Notes: generated by a model not told the origin, from the letters alone. 64,000 nt of DNA from a virus (IMGVR_UViG_3300032321_002024:128001-192000), one strand, 5' to 3'; counted from the first letter of the stretch, positions 40,805-52,125 are shown. Program-made: numbers and translations.

Positions 40805-43800
40805 TTATAAATTATAATTTTCGTTACTTTTTTTGACATCTTCTGGTTGTCCAAAATTTTCTCTTATAGAGCTTTGTATTGATGGAAAATCAATATTAAA
40901 TCTAGGTTTAGTATTTTGAGTTATAGTTTCCCAGTGATATTGAAAATCCCATGTAGAAGAGAATATAAAGAAATCTCTTGTAGAATATCCAAATTCATCT
41001 AACATAGGATAAACCGATGTTAAATCTTGTTCATTTCTTAACTTTAGTATAGATCCTTTTCTGTTAATTTTCGAAACTTTTCTTTCTTTCATAATGGCAA
41101 ACTCTGTTAGTGATGTATCAAACTTTGTGTTTTCTGATATACCATTTAACTGTTTGTCAAAAAGTTGAATATCATAGAAAGTTGGCATGTAATATCCATT
41201 ATGTCTATAAAGAATATTAGTGGAATAATTTTTAACACCGTGTAAGTTAGCAATTATTTTTCTTGTAATTGAAATTTTTTGTATATCTGCCGCATATGGT
41301 AAATCATTATACCAATTCAATTGACTTAATGTTCTTATATTTCCATTTACTAGTCTTCTTGTAGACTGTAGTTTTTTAGGATTTTCAATTGGAACTACCT
41401 TAATAGAGTTTATTTTTACTCTAAATTCCTCAGGTTCTTCTACTTTCAATAGACAACTTAGATTAGATAAATTATTTTTAAAATTATGTTTAGTAATGGT
41501 ATTATCTTCATTAATTATAACATAAGATATATAATCAGTAAATCCGTATTTATTTGAAATATCATTTATACAGTTAGAAAAATTAACAGCTGTTAGTTTC
41601 TTAAACAACTCTTGATAAATCGAATCTCTATCTGAATTTCTAAGATTTGGCATAGTATTATCAGATATATTTACATTAACTAATATATTTTTCCATTTTT
41701 TATTAACATACACTACTATACCATTGTCTAAAGTAGAATTTGATAAATTGGATTTACACATATAGTAAACATCATTCATTTGAATAATTGGATTGCTAAT
41801 TTTATCATATACAAAATCCGTATCCGGAACTAAACTATATTTTTTATTCCACAGATTTGAGAATCCTGGTTCATCTCCAACTAAAGGAGCTGTCACAGAA
41901 GAACTTACATAAACTATTTCATTATGAACTACCAAACTATTTAAGCCATAAGATACAATTGGATTCCATAGATCAACTGTTTTCCATTTAGGTGTTGTTG
42001 ATGCAGTAGCTGCTTTCCATTTCATTGTTACGGTAAAACCGAGTCCAATTCCATTAAAAGAAAAAGATGGAATTTTAAAATCAGGTGGCCACTCATTGTT
42101 ATTTACATTTGAGATATAGTATTTACCGCGAAATAATACTACATCACTTTGTGTATATCCTGTTGTTGAAGCAAAGCTAGGATTCCAAAAGTCATCTGTT
42201 CCAGTAGAATCATAATAATAATAATCCTCGTTATTAAAAACTACATCACCATTAGAATAAGATGTAAGTGGTGACCAAAATATTGAATTAGTTCCTAATG
42301 GATTAATTGGTGAGTTTTCTAAAAATGACCAATCATTTGAATTATAAGGTGCTGATTTTACACCTAATCCAACATTGGCTTTGGTTGGCTCAGTAGTAAT
42401 TGTCTCAGACTGTGCTTGATAAAGTATATCATTAAATATAATTATAGAACCTGTCGCATATGTTCTATCCATTTCCCACTCTTTAATTATTTCCCACTCC
42501 ATTAGATTTTGAGAATTTTCAAGTTGACCTGAATAGTTCACAGAAGTATCATTATCTGATAATAAAATTGAAAATTTATAACTGTCATATTTATTTGAAT
42601 TTGACAAATTAACCGTGTTTATTTCTCCAGTAGAGTTTACATCTACGCTATTTACATCATACATATAAAATTTTAAACCTCTAAAAACTGTCACATTTGG
42701 CAAAGAAACATCCCCTCTATTAAGTTCAGAATATTTTTTTACATTTTTGATTATATTATTATCATTAAACCTTTGTTTTTGATAAAAGAAATCTGTGAAG
42801 TAATCAGATGAATATGTTGCATAAGAATTTGTTCCAACAGAATATGTTGCTAATCCTAAATACTTATCAAGTTCAAAATTAAAATTGGTATCCAATGAGT
42901 AGTCATCTTTATAACCTTCAATATGAAGACTATGATGAACATAGGAACTAGTTGAAGAGTTAATTGTATAAAAATAATCTAAGTTTCGTTCTATTCTAGA
43001 AGGATTTGGATCAAAGACATTTACTGAACGATTAAAATCTTCAAAAATTGTTGAGTTATTTAAACAATATGGATAGTCATTAGCAGATATTGAATTTTGA
43101 TATGACCATCTACAATATACCGGATTCTTTCTCCAAATATCAGATAGTTCATTATTTGTTACTTTGAAAGTTTCATAACCAGCTGTGTATTCAGATGAAA
43201 CTGGAATATTTACAACTTCTCCTCTGTATATAAAATCATCATAATCTTTTGGATCACCACTTGTTAAGTAATTTTCTAAATAGATTTTTGTCTCATCTGT
43301 TTGTGTTAACTCATCTTCTTTTTGATATTCAAATTTTGAATACTCGGTGTCTAATATTTTTGTATCAAAATCTTTTATATCCGTGAAGTTAACTCTATAA
43401 ATAGTGAATTTTTTTGGTGGATTATCTGAATTAACTGTAAAGTTAACTGTTGTAGTTTCACCAGCAACTTTATAATCATATATATTTTCAAAAAAACTAA
43501 ATGAGTAGTCAGTATTAACTTTTAACTTACCATCTGTGAGTATTAAATTATGATAAATTCCATCAATTTCAATTAACCAAACTGACCAATCTTCAAATCC
43601 ATCAATTGTTAAGTAGTTATTATTATAATCAATTAAGAAATTTTGTGTATCAATTCTACCGTAGTTTAGATTAAGTTGTGATTGCTTACCTGTTAAATCA
43701 ACATCCGCTATTATTCTGTATTTATCTTGACTAACATTGGCGTATTGTTCTACTATTAGTCCACTACTTTCAGGAACAAGTATTAATTGATTTGTTAAAG

Positions 43801-44824
43801 TCTCTAAGAACTTCTCAACTTTGTAATATTCACCATTATACTCTACATAAAATGATCTTTTATCTGAAAATCCTTCAACAAAAGGATCGGTATTTGAAGG
43901 TGAATAAAAAATGTTACCTTCTAATATCTCAACATCATTTCTGAGAAACGGAGTTATGTAAGGAGAGATTGTTCTAACTTTTTCAAGACTATCTACATAA
44001 AGTCCATAATATCTGTTTAAAGACCACTTTCTTTTAATATCTGGATTTGCTGGTTCATCATCAAAAAGAAATGAGAAATTTATAATATTTGAAAATACCA
44101 CTTTATTACTTTTATAAGATTCTAAAATGAATTTTTCAAATTCAAATATTTCTTTTTCCTCTTCCAAGAAATCATCTATAAAAAATGACTTTGATGTATA
44201 GCCACCAGATTCATAATCTATACCATTCCATTTACAAAATTCTAAATCTCTAAAATCCATTTCAAGTGGTGTATCTGGATAGTATTCATTTTTAATAAAG
44301 TTTCTATCTATCCATTGACCAGCACTGGTCGTTAAACTTAAATCAAATATTTTTACAACTTTAAAACTGTTACTTATTTGGTTAATAAAGTTTTCTTTTG
44401 TTAATAAGTCTATTCCAGGACCATCTACTCTAAAAATTATAAAATTTGATGGAATGCGACTTTTATCTAAATAAAGAGGTGCAAAATATTCAAATTCTTC
44501 AGTATAGCTTTTATTAGCAATAATATTTCTAGCACCATATTGATAAATCTCATCATATTGGTCTTTGAAGTCTGTTGACATTGTATCAACATCTCTATCA
44601 TATTTAATCGAGTATGCTATATCAGATGGTGTGTTCTTGAAAAAATAAGGAACTAATTCATCATAATAATTCGATTTATTAAAAGATAGTTTTTGGTATC
44701 TATCTAAAGAAAGTTCAGAGTTTGATTCAATACTTGATAAACTCAAGTTATAAACCGAGTCTATCATAACCTTGACATTAGTAGTCAACCCAACATTGGT
44801 TCTTAATATAGCAAAACTTCTCAT
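40805..44824 (-). CDS. Large virion protein with CBM5/12-like repeats
   Basis: 1339 aa; repeats W-x4-Y-x2-(G/S/N)-x-V-x4-Y (WEMDRTYATGSIIIF, WSPLTSYSNGDVVF, WNPIVSYGLNSLVVH). Confidence 0.6.
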   Translation of the reverse strand: MRSFAILRTNVGLTTNVKVMIDSVYNLSLSSIESNSELSLDRYQKLSFNKSNYYDELVPYFFKNTPSDIAYSIKYDRDVDTMSTDFKDQYDEIYQYGARNIIANKSYTEEFEYFAPLYLDKSRIPSNFIIFRVDGPGIDLLTKENFINQISNSFKVVKIFDLSLTTSAGQWIDRNFIKNEYYPDTPLEMDFRDLEFCKWNGIDYESGGYTSKSFFIDDFLEEEKEIFEFEKFILESYKSNKVVFSNIINFSFLFDDEPANPDIKRKWSLNRYYGLYVDSLEKVRTISPYITPFLRNDVEILEGNIFYSPSNTDPFVEGFSDKRSFYVEYNGEYYKVEKFLETLTNQLILVPESSGLIVEQYANVSQDKYRIIADVDLTGKQSQLNLNYGRIDTQNFLIDYNNNYLTIDGFEDWSVWLIEIDGIYHNLILTDGKLKVNTDYSFSFFENIYDYKVAGETTTVNFTVNSDNPPKKFTIYRVNFTDIKDFDTKILDTEYSKFEYQKEDELTQTDETKIYLENYLTSGDPKDYDDFIYRGEVVNIPVSSEYTAGYETFKVTNNELSDIWRKNPVYCRWSYQNSISANDYPYCLNNSTIFEDFNRSVNVFDPNPSRIERNLDYFYTINSSTSSYVHHSLHIEGYKDDYSLDTNFNFELDKYLGLATYSVGTNSYATYSSDYFTDFFYQKQRFNDNNIIKNVKKYSELNRGDVSLPNVTVFRGLKFYMYDVNSVDVNSTGEINTVNLSNSNKYDSYKFSILLSDNDTSVNYSGQLENSQNLMEWEIIKEWEMDRTYATGSIIIFNDILYQAQSETITTEPTKANVGLGVKSAPYNSNDWSFLENSPINPLGTNSIFWSPLTSYSNGDVVFNNEDYYYYDSTGTDDFWNPSFASTTGYTQSDVVLFRGKYYISNVNNNEWPPDFKIPSFSFNGIGLGFTVTMKWKAATASTTPKWKTVDLWNPIVSYGLNSLVVHNEIVYVSSSVTAPLVGDEPGFSNLWNKKYSLVPDTDFVYDKISNPIIQMNDVYYMCKSNLSNSTLDNGIVVYVNKKWKNILVNVNISDNTMPNLRNSDRDSIYQELFKKLTAVNFSNCINDISNKYGFTDYISYVIINEDNTITKHNFKNNLSNLSCLLKVEEPEEFRVKINSIKVVPIENPKKLQSTRRLVNGNIRTLSQLNWYNDLPYAADIQKISITRKIIANLHGVKNYSTNILYRHNGYYMPTFYDIQLFDKQLNGISENTKFDTSLTEFAIMKERKVSKINRKGSILKLRNEQDLTSVYPMLDEFGYSTRDFFIFSSTWDFQYHWETITQNTKPRFNIDFPSIQSSIRENFGQPEDVKKSNENYNL

Positions 44825-47800
44825 TATTTAATTTGTGTATTTAATGCCGGTGTAATCTTTTTAAGTATAACTTTATTTCTATTGATATTAAATTTCAAAC
44901 TAAATGTAAATGGTCTGTTTTCAGCCTCATTTTCTAAGAAAAATTTAACCTTCTTAATATGTTTTACAGTTTTATTTGAATTATTCAAATTAACATACTG
45001 ATAGTTAAGACCTTGTTGATTGGTATCCAATGCATTCAATTTAAAATAAATATTAATTGGAATAACTATATCATTCTGGTCACCAGAATTAACAGTTTTA
45101 ACTTTATCACTATTTGTTTCAGTTATTTTTTCTAAGTCTTGAACTACTGGATGAATACTCGTTAACAATTTTGTTGTAGAAGCCACTGATGTTGAATTAT
45201 CAATCCATTTAACTGGTTCGAGTAAAGATAAGTTGTTACCAATAAAGTTCAAAACAGTTGTTTCATTGTATCCAACATTGAATTCATTTGAACTCAAAAC
45301 TCCAGTAATTGAGTTATTTGTTGTAAAGTTGTTACCAATGTTTTCAGATAATTTTGTCACACTGCTATCCGAAACCGAATCATAATTAACAGACCAAGCA
45401 AATTGATAGTTAATTTGTGTCTTAGTAGAACCAGAGACATCAGAGGTCATTAATTCATCTTTCTCATTAACCCAGAAAGATTGAGGAACAGATGTATTAT
45501 AAACCGCTGAGTTTTGAAGATAAGTTCTATTGGATAATAGTCCAAGAGGTGAAGTAGATTTGTTTTTAATTCTAACAACAAAGTCTTTAATTACATAAAT
45601 ATTATTTTCATAAACTCTACCCGTTGGAATACCTTGAGCAGTGAATGATTCTAAGTAATCTTCACATTCTACATTAAACACGGTTTCTGATCCATTTGTA
45701 ATTATAAATTCTTGATTATTTCTAAATACAATAACTTCAAGTTCACCTTTAACTCTATTAATTCTATCTTCTAAACTTTTTATTCTATTTTGTAAAGCCT
45801 GAAGATATTCATAAAGGTCTAAAGCTGCTCCATTTTCATCTTTGAATCCTGATAAAACCGATGCTGAATCATGATGATAAACTTTTCCATCGATAGTTAA
45901 TTGATCAGAAAGGTGTTCATCTAAACCTTTAGCTGAAAGTTCATTTGCCATATTTACCTTTAGCTCTTCTTTAGTTGCTGACTGTAATATAGCATTGATA
46001 TCATTTTCTTGATATACATTATTTAAATCATCTGGGAATTCAATTGTTAATATTTCAGAAAATTCTGATTCTACTGGTGAATCTGGCCAACCAACTTCAG
46101 AAATAGCAGCAACTCTAAATTGAACTGACTCATTTTGTTGAATTGAGATATCAATTTGATTGATATTTGGTGTATCAGCATCTGCCACATTTTCTATTTG
46201 CCAACTGTATTCTCCAGTTGTTGCATTAAAAACTCTTTTTCTCGCATCAGTTTTGAATTCCACCCAGTTAGAAAAACTAGCTTTATTATTTGCGTTATCT
46301 ACTTGGAACGTTTCGACTGGTGTTTCTTTCCCATCTTTTGAGACATATTTATATTGAACTCTAAATTGAACTATTTCTTGTGGTTTAGTTCCTCTAGTTG
46401 CTACCGCCTCTGGTATCGACCAGAATCCTCTCATTCTGAATTTTGGCTCTACTTTTGAGTTTGGATTATTTGAAATATTGATAATTTCCTGAGCTATTGT
46501 GGATAATTGCTTTGCCTTACTTTCTCTTTTTAATTGCAAATCATCAAGTTCAATATCGAATTTCTTTTTTTCAGAAATTGATTTGAATTTACTAACTTTT
46601 AATTTCTTACCCCTATCTGAAATTGCATTTTGAATTTGTTCAATCTCTGATTTTATATTAAGTTGTATATTGTGCTTTTGTTTAATTAAATTAGCATCTG
46701 GTGTATCAGTTAAATGTTGATTAATCTGAACTACTTTAAAGTTATCCGTATTTAACGTAACTGGATTAGGTGTTCCTGCTAAAGTATTTGGTATTTTTTT
46801 AGCAACTAAATCTTTAAGAACGGTTCCATAATCGTAAACATAATCAATATAAAACTGTTGAAGTGATGTTCCATTTGCAGATGACGAATCTTCTAACAAC
46901 AAATCATTTGTATAGAAAGCAGTTCCACTACTCCAATTTTTAGCAACTATGTTTGTTTCTGCGTTAACTGGTTTTAAGAAGACTACGTTTCTCTCATCAT
47001 ATCCAATACTAATTCTGACTTTTTTAGCAAAAGACACTGGAGAATATATTTTCAAAGTTCCTATTCCAGTAGTTATCGGATCAAATCCATCAATTCTCTC
47101 CATTCTCAATCCAAAACCACTATTAGTATTGATTTCTAAAATTTTATATCTAGTAGCTGCTTTTACATTTTGACCAAATGTATTAATAACCATTTCATCT
47201 CCTATGGCTAAAGTTCTTTGTGAATTATTTTGAATATCTCTATATTCAAGTTTATCTACTTTAATGAATAGTTTTCTATTAATTTTGTCTTCCTCAAATT
47301 GAAGCACATTAAATAATCCATCATATAATAAACTATTTGCTTCACAATCAAACATTTGTTCATCATATCTTGGATTATTAGGTTCCATTACACCAGGTGT
47401 TGTTGTGTGCCAATTTAAAAAGTTATTTAAACTACCCGCTCCAGTTGCTTTACCCACAAAATTATCATTAAATGAGTTAAGTGCTGATTGGCCTAAAGTT
47501 GTAAGTGTTCCATCTGCATTTTTCGCAAAATCAACAATATATCTTCTTGACTGAATTTTTCTGACACTATCTTCAACACCTGCTAAGTCAAATTCAACTG
47601 AAAGTAGTGGATTTAATAATGAGTCAAAAAACCAGTTTGGAGATTGTTTAAACTTAGCAACTGATGAAATTATTCCTAAATCTTGTGGCTCTCTATTTAA
47701 ATCTACAGTAATTATCTTTTTAAAGTTGTTTGATCCTTCGGTTCTTATCAAAGATCCTGATCCATCTATTGAATATAAAGATCTAATATTAGTGTCTAGT

Positions 47801-48012
47801 CTTTGAAGTTCTTTTTGTATACCTAATAATGAAGGCATCGTATATGATTTAGAAGCACCATTCTCATCAGCAACTGTAAAACTTATCGTTGTATCCTGGG
47901 TTTCGGTAATTTTTGATAAATTTGTTAAAATATCAACGACATTTTTATTATAATTTATTATTTGTTCTGCTACCTTAGGAAATGAACTTTGAACTGTAGA
48001 ATATGTAGCCAT
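44824..48012 (-). CDS. Large virion structural protein (baseplate/tail-associated candidate)
   Basis: 1062 aa, coiled-coil segments and an FN3-like VQFRVAAISEVGWP..ESEFS segment; TAATATATA at 48034-48042 (minus). Confidence 0.55.
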   Translation of the reverse strand: MATYSTVQSSFPKVAEQIINYNKNVVDILTNLSKITETQDTTISFTVADENGASKSYTMPSLLGIQKELQRLDTNIRSLYSIDGSGSLIRTEGSNNFKKIITVDLNREPQDLGIISSVAKFKQSPNWFFDSLLNPLLSVEFDLAGVEDSVRKIQSRRYIVDFAKNADGTLTTLGQSALNSFNDNFVGKATGAGSLNNFLNWHTTTPGVMEPNNPRYDEQMFDCEANSLLYDGLFNVLQFEEDKINRKLFIKVDKLEYRDIQNNSQRTLAIGDEMVINTFGQNVKAATRYKILEINTNSGFGLRMERIDGFDPITTGIGTLKIYSPVSFAKKVRISIGYDERNVVFLKPVNAETNIVAKNWSSGTAFYTNDLLLEDSSSANGTSLQQFYIDYVYDYGTVLKDLVAKKIPNTLAGTPNPVTLNTDNFKVVQINQHLTDTPDANLIKQKHNIQLNIKSEIEQIQNAISDRGKKLKVSKFKSISEKKKFDIELDDLQLKRESKAKQLSTIAQEIINISNNPNSKVEPKFRMRGFWSIPEAVATRGTKPQEIVQFRVQYKYVSKDGKETPVETFQVDNANNKASFSNWVEFKTDARKRVFNATTGEYSWQIENVADADTPNINQIDISIQQNESVQFRVAAISEVGWPDSPVESEFSEILTIEFPDDLNNVYQENDINAILQSATKEELKVNMANELSAKGLDEHLSDQLTIDGKVYHHDSASVLSGFKDENGAALDLYEYLQALQNRIKSLEDRINRVKGELEVIVFRNNQEFIITNGSETVFNVECEDYLESFTAQGIPTGRVYENNIYVIKDFVVRIKNKSTSPLGLLSNRTYLQNSAVYNTSVPQSFWVNEKDELMTSDVSGSTKTQINYQFAWSVNYDSVSDSSVTKLSENIGNNFTTNNSITGVLSSNEFNVGYNETTVLNFIGNNLSLLEPVKWIDNSTSVASTTKLLTSIHPVVQDLEKITETNSDKVKTVNSGDQNDIVIPINIYFKLNALDTNQQGLNYQYVNLNNSNKTVKHIKKVKFFLENEAENRPFTFSLKFNINRNKVILKKITPALNTQIK

Positions 48013-48057
48013 TTTTAAATTTTGATTTTTTGTTATATATTAATTTTTAGTTATTTC

Positions 48058-48088
48058 TTTGATGTTTGTTCTTTATTTTTTATATTTG
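48058..48088 (+). promoter_or_regulatory. Bacteroidota-type sigma70 promoter
   Basis: TTTG (48058-61), 19 nt, TATATTTG (48081-88). Confidence 0.7.
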
Positions 48089-48093
48089 TGATT

Positions 48094-48330
48094 ATGAAGA
48101 TATTTACAGTTACATTTAATGATGGTGGTTGGTATAGTAATAGACCCGATTATAAGGTAGTTGCTGAAGACGTTAAACAAGCAATTGAAAAGGTTTTAGT
48201 TGAGAATCCTCAATATAGAAGTGGATATGACGCTTGGGCTACTGAATTTAAAATTCCAGGTTATGTTATTGAAGTTTATAATGAAGTATCGTATAATCGA
48301 GAAAAGAATCTGGAAAATCTTGATATTTAA
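48094..48330 (+). CDS. Small hypothetical protein with C-terminal RxxxLxxL motif
   Basis: Start MKIFTVTF placed after the promoter; ends YNREKNLENLDI. Confidence 0.65.
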   Translation: MKIFTVTFNDGGWYSNRPDYKVVAEDVKQAIEKVLVENPQYRSGYDAWATEFKIPGYVIEVYNEVSYNREKNLENLDI

Positions 48331-48342
48331 TAATAATTTAAC

Positions 48343-48350
48343 TATATTTG
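48343..48350 (+). promoter_or_regulatory. Bacteroidota-type -7 element
   Basis: TATATTTG 4 nt before the ligA ATG; CTTG 20 nt upstream. Confidence 0.6.
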
Positions 48351-48354
48351 TATT

Positions 48355-50175
48355 ATGATTAACGAACTAAAAGAAAAAATTGTAAAAGCCAACGAAGCTT
48401 ATAGAATTGGAGAACCAATAATGTCTGATAAAGATTATGACCAATTAGTTGAAGAATTAGAATTACTATCACCTAATGATGATGTTCTCACTAAAGTAGG
48501 TCATGTGGTTGCTGATGAAACTCGTAAATCAAAGTTACCAATTGAAATGGCTTCGATGAATAAAATTAAATCGATGAATGATATTAACGATTGGTGTCGT
48601 CTAAAAAATATAACATCACACAATTTCGTTATTATCACTCCTAAGTATGATGGTCTTTCATTATGTGTCAATGAAACTACGTCAGAAGCTTTTACTCGTG
48701 GTGATGGAACATACGGTCAAAAATCAAACGAACACTATTCTCGCATCGGTAATCACTTATCAGGAACTAATTTTTCTTTCACTTATGGTGAGGTTATGAT
48801 GTCAAAGAAAACTTTTTTAGAAAAGTATTCAAGTGATTTTGCAAACCCTCGTAATTTAGTTGCTGGTCTTCTTAATTCCAAAGAAGCAACTGATGCTTTA
48901 AAAGATTGTGATTATATTAAATATGGAGCGATTCAATCAAGAAATATGTTCCAGTCAAAAAAACAAATTTTAGATGAACTTAACTCTGGTCAAAGTGTTA
49001 AAGTTTCTTACCATATCTGTAGAATTTCTGATATTACAGAAGAACTACTTATTAATCTTTTCCATGAGTATTCTATCGATTATGAAATTGATGGTCTAAT
49101 TATTGAGATTAATGACCTTAATACTCAAATTACTTTAGGTCGCGAAACATCTTCAAATAATCCTGTATGGGCAAGAGCATTCAAACACCCTTCTTTTGAG
49201 CAATCTGCTGAAACTGAAATCATTGGCATCTCTTGGAATATTTCTAAACAAGGATATCTTAAACCTACTTTGCATATTAGTCCTGTTAAATTAGACGGTG
49301 TTACTGTTTCTAATGTAACTGGTAACAACGCTCGTTTTGTAAAAGATATGGGTATTGGTGTTGGTGCAAAAGTTATTGTAAAACGAAGTGGAATGGTTAT
49401 TCCAATCATTGCTGATGTTATTGAGACAGTTGAATTCCAAATGCCGGATGTTGATAATATTGATTGGAATGAAAATGGTGTTGAACTGATTACTTTAACT
49501 GAAACAGACGACCAAAAATTGAAAAAGAATATTTCTTTCTTTGAAATCTTAGAAGCGGATAATGTTTCTGAAGGTGTTATCACTCAATTGTGGGATGCTG
49601 GTTATAAAACTATTTCTGATATCTTAAATTTGACAACATCAGACTTAGAGAAAATTGACCGATTTGGAAAACGAAAAGCAAAGATTGTTTTTGACTCTAT
49701 TCAGAAATCAGTTACTAATGTTAGCTTGTCTAAACTACAACACGCTACCGGCATCTTTAAAGGATTGGGTTCTAAGAAATTAGTTCTTTTAGAAGACTTT
49801 ACAACTAAACCAACTATTGACCAAGTAATGGCAATTGAAGGATTTGCTGAAGTATCTGCTAAATCATACATTGACTCATATGATATTTACTTTGACTTTG
49901 TTAAAGACTTACCTGTAACTATCTCTGAAAAAGTAGAAGTTGTTAAAACTGGAAGTGACTTAGATGGTAAACAATTTGTTTTCACTGGTGTTCGTAGACC
50001 GGACTTAGAATCTGTGATTGAATCTCGTGGTGGAAAAATCAGCAGCGGTGTTTCTAAAAACACAACACACTTAGTTATGAAATCAGTTGGTAGTGGTTCA
50101 TCTAAAGAGAAGAAGGCTATTGAATTAGGAGTTGAAGTTATTACAGTTGAACAATTAGAAGATTTGTTGAAATAA
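48355..50175 (+). CDS. ligA: NAD+-dependent DNA ligase
   Basis: PKYDGLS (KxDG), TRGDG, FANPRNLVAG, EIDGLII, OB fold, HhH, BRCT (FVFTG...GGKISSGVSKNTTHLV). Confidence 0.95.
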   Translation: MINELKEKIVKANEAYRIGEPIMSDKDYDQLVEELELLSPNDDVLTKVGHVVADETRKSKLPIEMASMNKIKSMNDINDWCRLKNITSHNFVIITPKYDGLSLCVNETTSEAFTRGDGTYGQKSNEHYSRIGNHLSGTNFSFTYGEVMMSKKTFLEKYSSDFANPRNLVAGLLNSKEATDALKDCDYIKYGAIQSRNMFQSKKQILDELNSGQSVKVSYHICRISDITEELLINLFHEYSIDYEIDGLIIEINDLNTQITLGRETSSNNPVWARAFKHPSFEQSAETEIIGISWNISKQGYLKPTLHISPVKLDGVTVSNVTGNNARFVKDMGIGVGAKVIVKRSGMVIPIIADVIETVEFQMPDVDNIDWNENGVELITLTETDDQKLKKNISFFEILEADNVSEGVITQLWDAGYKTISDILNLTTSDLEKIDRFGKRKAKIVFDSIQKSVTNVSLSKLQHATGIFKGLGSKKLVLLEDFTTKPTIDQVMAIEGFAEVSAKSYIDSYDIYFDFVKDLPVTISEKVEVVKTGSDLDGKQFVFTGVRRPDLESVIESRGGKISSGVSKNTTHLVMKSVGSGSSKEKKAIELGVEVITVEQLEDLLK

Positions 50176-50318
50176 TGAAAACACTAGATGAAATAGAGAC
50201 TGACTATGTTAATAATATCATTGAGTTCTTTTGCAAAGAAATGCCAACTCATCATATATCAGTATTAATTGATAGAAAAGGTATTTCTAGTTTTTACGAA
50301 TTAAAATATAAAGTATAA
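50175..50318 (+). CDS. Small hypothetical protein (47 aa, not in ORF track)
   Basis: MKTLDEIETDYVNN...ELKYKV; TAATG overlap with the ligA stop. Confidence 0.5.
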   Translation: MKTLDEIETDYVNNIIEFFCKEMPTHHISVLIDRKGISSFYELKYKV

Positions 50319-50324
50319 ATAAAT

Positions 50325-50828
50325 ATGGGTTGTGATATACATTTTTATGTAGAAAGGTGGACTTCATCAAATAACTATGGTGGACCAAGAGACCTATCTG
50401 AAGATAGGGAACAAAAATTAAGTGAAGTTTTAGAAGACGTTCCAACTAAATTTAGATGGGTATCTGCTGACAAATGGCAAATTGAAGATGGTGAATGGCA
50501 AATCGATTGGAATGATGAATATTATGGTGATAGAAATTACTATATTTTTGGTATCTTAGCGGATGTAAGAAATGATGGTGGTGTAGAACCTATTAATTAC
50601 CCGAAAGGTATCCCAGATGATGCTTCAACTGGTTACCTTTATAAGTGTGATCAATGGGATAGTGATGCTCACTCACACTCTTACTTTACTTTAGATGAAT
50701 TATTAAATGTTGATTGGTCTGAATATGAACCAGGATACATTAGTGATTTTATGGAAGCTTTAGAAAAAATGAAAGAGATTGATAATGATCCTCTTAATGT
50801 AAGATGTTGCTTCTTTTTTGATAATTAA
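50325..50828 (+). CDS. Hypothetical phage protein
   Basis: MGCDIH...RNYYIFGILADVRN...PKGIPDD...HSHSYFTLDEL...FFFDN. Confidence 0.7.
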   Translation: MGCDIHFYVERWTSSNNYGGPRDLSEDREQKLSEVLEDVPTKFRWVSADKWQIEDGEWQIDWNDEYYGDRNYYIFGILADVRNDGGVEPINYPKGIPDDASTGYLYKCDQWDSDAHSHSYFTLDELLNVDWSEYEPGYISDFMEALEKMKEIDNDPLNVRCCFFFDN

Positions 50829-50925
50829 TTACATTGGAAAATAAACTTTTTGGATATATACAATATAAATATAATATAAACGGCAAATTAACGGCGATGG
50901 CGGCTTACAGTCAATTTAAAAATTA

Positions 50926-51534
50926 ATGGCAATTATGGAATCAAAAATGAAATCATTTTCTGAACAGGAAAAACTATTCAGAGAAAAAACAGGGAAAGAA
51001 TTTACACAACTTTATTCTAAGTATTATCCCAAATTAATCTACTTTACAAATCGTATTTGTAATGACTCTCAAAAAGCAGAGGATTTATCGACAGACTCTT
51101 TTATGATAGCACTCGATAAAATTGAAAAATACGACAAAGACAAATCACAGTTTTCAACTTGGCTATTTACAATAGCTAAAAATCTTACTCTTCAAGACTT
51201 AAAGATTGAAAAAAGATCTATCTCATTGGATATTGAATTTGATGATGAAGGAACAACAATGAAAGACTTTATCACAGAAGAAGAGTCTGATATACATCTT
51301 CAGTCTGTCTCAACAATGAAGGCAGAAATTATGAAGAAACATATGGATACTTTAAAAGAACCATATAAAACAGTAATCGAAATGAGAGAAATTAAAAAGA
51401 TGGCTTATAAAGATATAGCCGACCAATTAGGTAAAAACCTCTCAACAATCAAATCACAAATTAGAAACGGAAGACACATTTTAATATCTCAAAGTAAAAA
51501 AGAATTTGATGATATTGATGAAATGTATATGTAA
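50926..51534 (+). CDS. ECF-type RNA polymerase sigma factor
   Basis: Region 2 (AEDL...FSTWLFTIAKN) and region 4 HTH (YKDIADQLGKNLSTIKSQIRNGR). Confidence 0.88.
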   Translation: MAIMESKMKSFSEQEKLFREKTGKEFTQLYSKYYPKLIYFTNRICNDSQKAEDLSTDSFMIALDKIEKYDKDKSQFSTWLFTIAKNLTLQDLKIEKRSISLDIEFDDEGTTMKDFITEEESDIHLQSVSTMKAEIMKKHMDTLKEPYKTVIEMREIKKMAYKDIADQLGKNLSTIKSQIRNGRHILISQSKKEFDDIDEMYM

Positions 51535-51558
51535 TTTTAACAACTAAATTTTATAAAA

Positions 51559-52125
51559 ATGGCAGAAAATCTACCCCTCCCCAAAAAACGCGACTTGTTT
51601 TTTACTAAACAAGTCGACCAATCATCTATTGGTGAATTAACTCAAAAAGTAATTGAGATAAACCAGGATGATGAACATTTAAAGAAAGTGTATTCTATTT
51701 ACAATTTAGAATATAAACCAGAACCAATTATCATTTATATTGACTCTTATGGTGGTCAAGTTTATCAATGTTTTGGATTACTTTCTGTTATTGAACGAAG
51801 TGCAACTCCTGTTCATACTATTGTTACAGGGTGTGCTATGAGTTGTGGATTTCTTTTACTTCTTTCTGGTCACAAACGATTTGCTCACAAAATGTCTACA
51901 CCACTTTATCACCAAGTTTCAACTGGATTCTGGGGTAAAGTTCAAGATATGGAAGAAAAGTTAGAAGAAACAAAAAGACTTCAAAAACAAATTGAAGATT
52001 ACACCACCGAAAGAACAAAAATCGGTAAAAAGAAACTAAAAGAAATTTTAGAGAATAAGAAAGACTGGTATATGTCTTCTGAAGAAGCTTTAGAATTAGG
52101 AGTTGTTGATGAAATTTTAAAATAA
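51559..52125 (+). CDS. clpP: ClpP protease subunit
   Basis: IYIDSYGG, GCAMSCG (Ser), LYHQ (His), DWYMSSEEALELGVVDEI. Confidence 0.9.
   Translation: MAENLPLPKKRDLFFTKQVDQSSIGELTQKVIEINQDDEHLKKVYSIYNLEYKPEPIIIYIDSYGGQVYQCFGLLSVIERSATPVHTIVTGCAMSCGFLLLLSGHKRFAHKMSTPLYHQVSTGFWGKVQDMEEKLEETKRLQKQIEDYTTERTKIGKKKLKEILENKKDWYMSSEEALELGVVDEILK

Noticed and set aside
48022-48093. Upstream extensions in the ORF track (48022, 38041, 53396, 54724, 37209)
   Set aside because: Extensions run through promoter motifs or neighbouring genes; downstream ATGs fit better.
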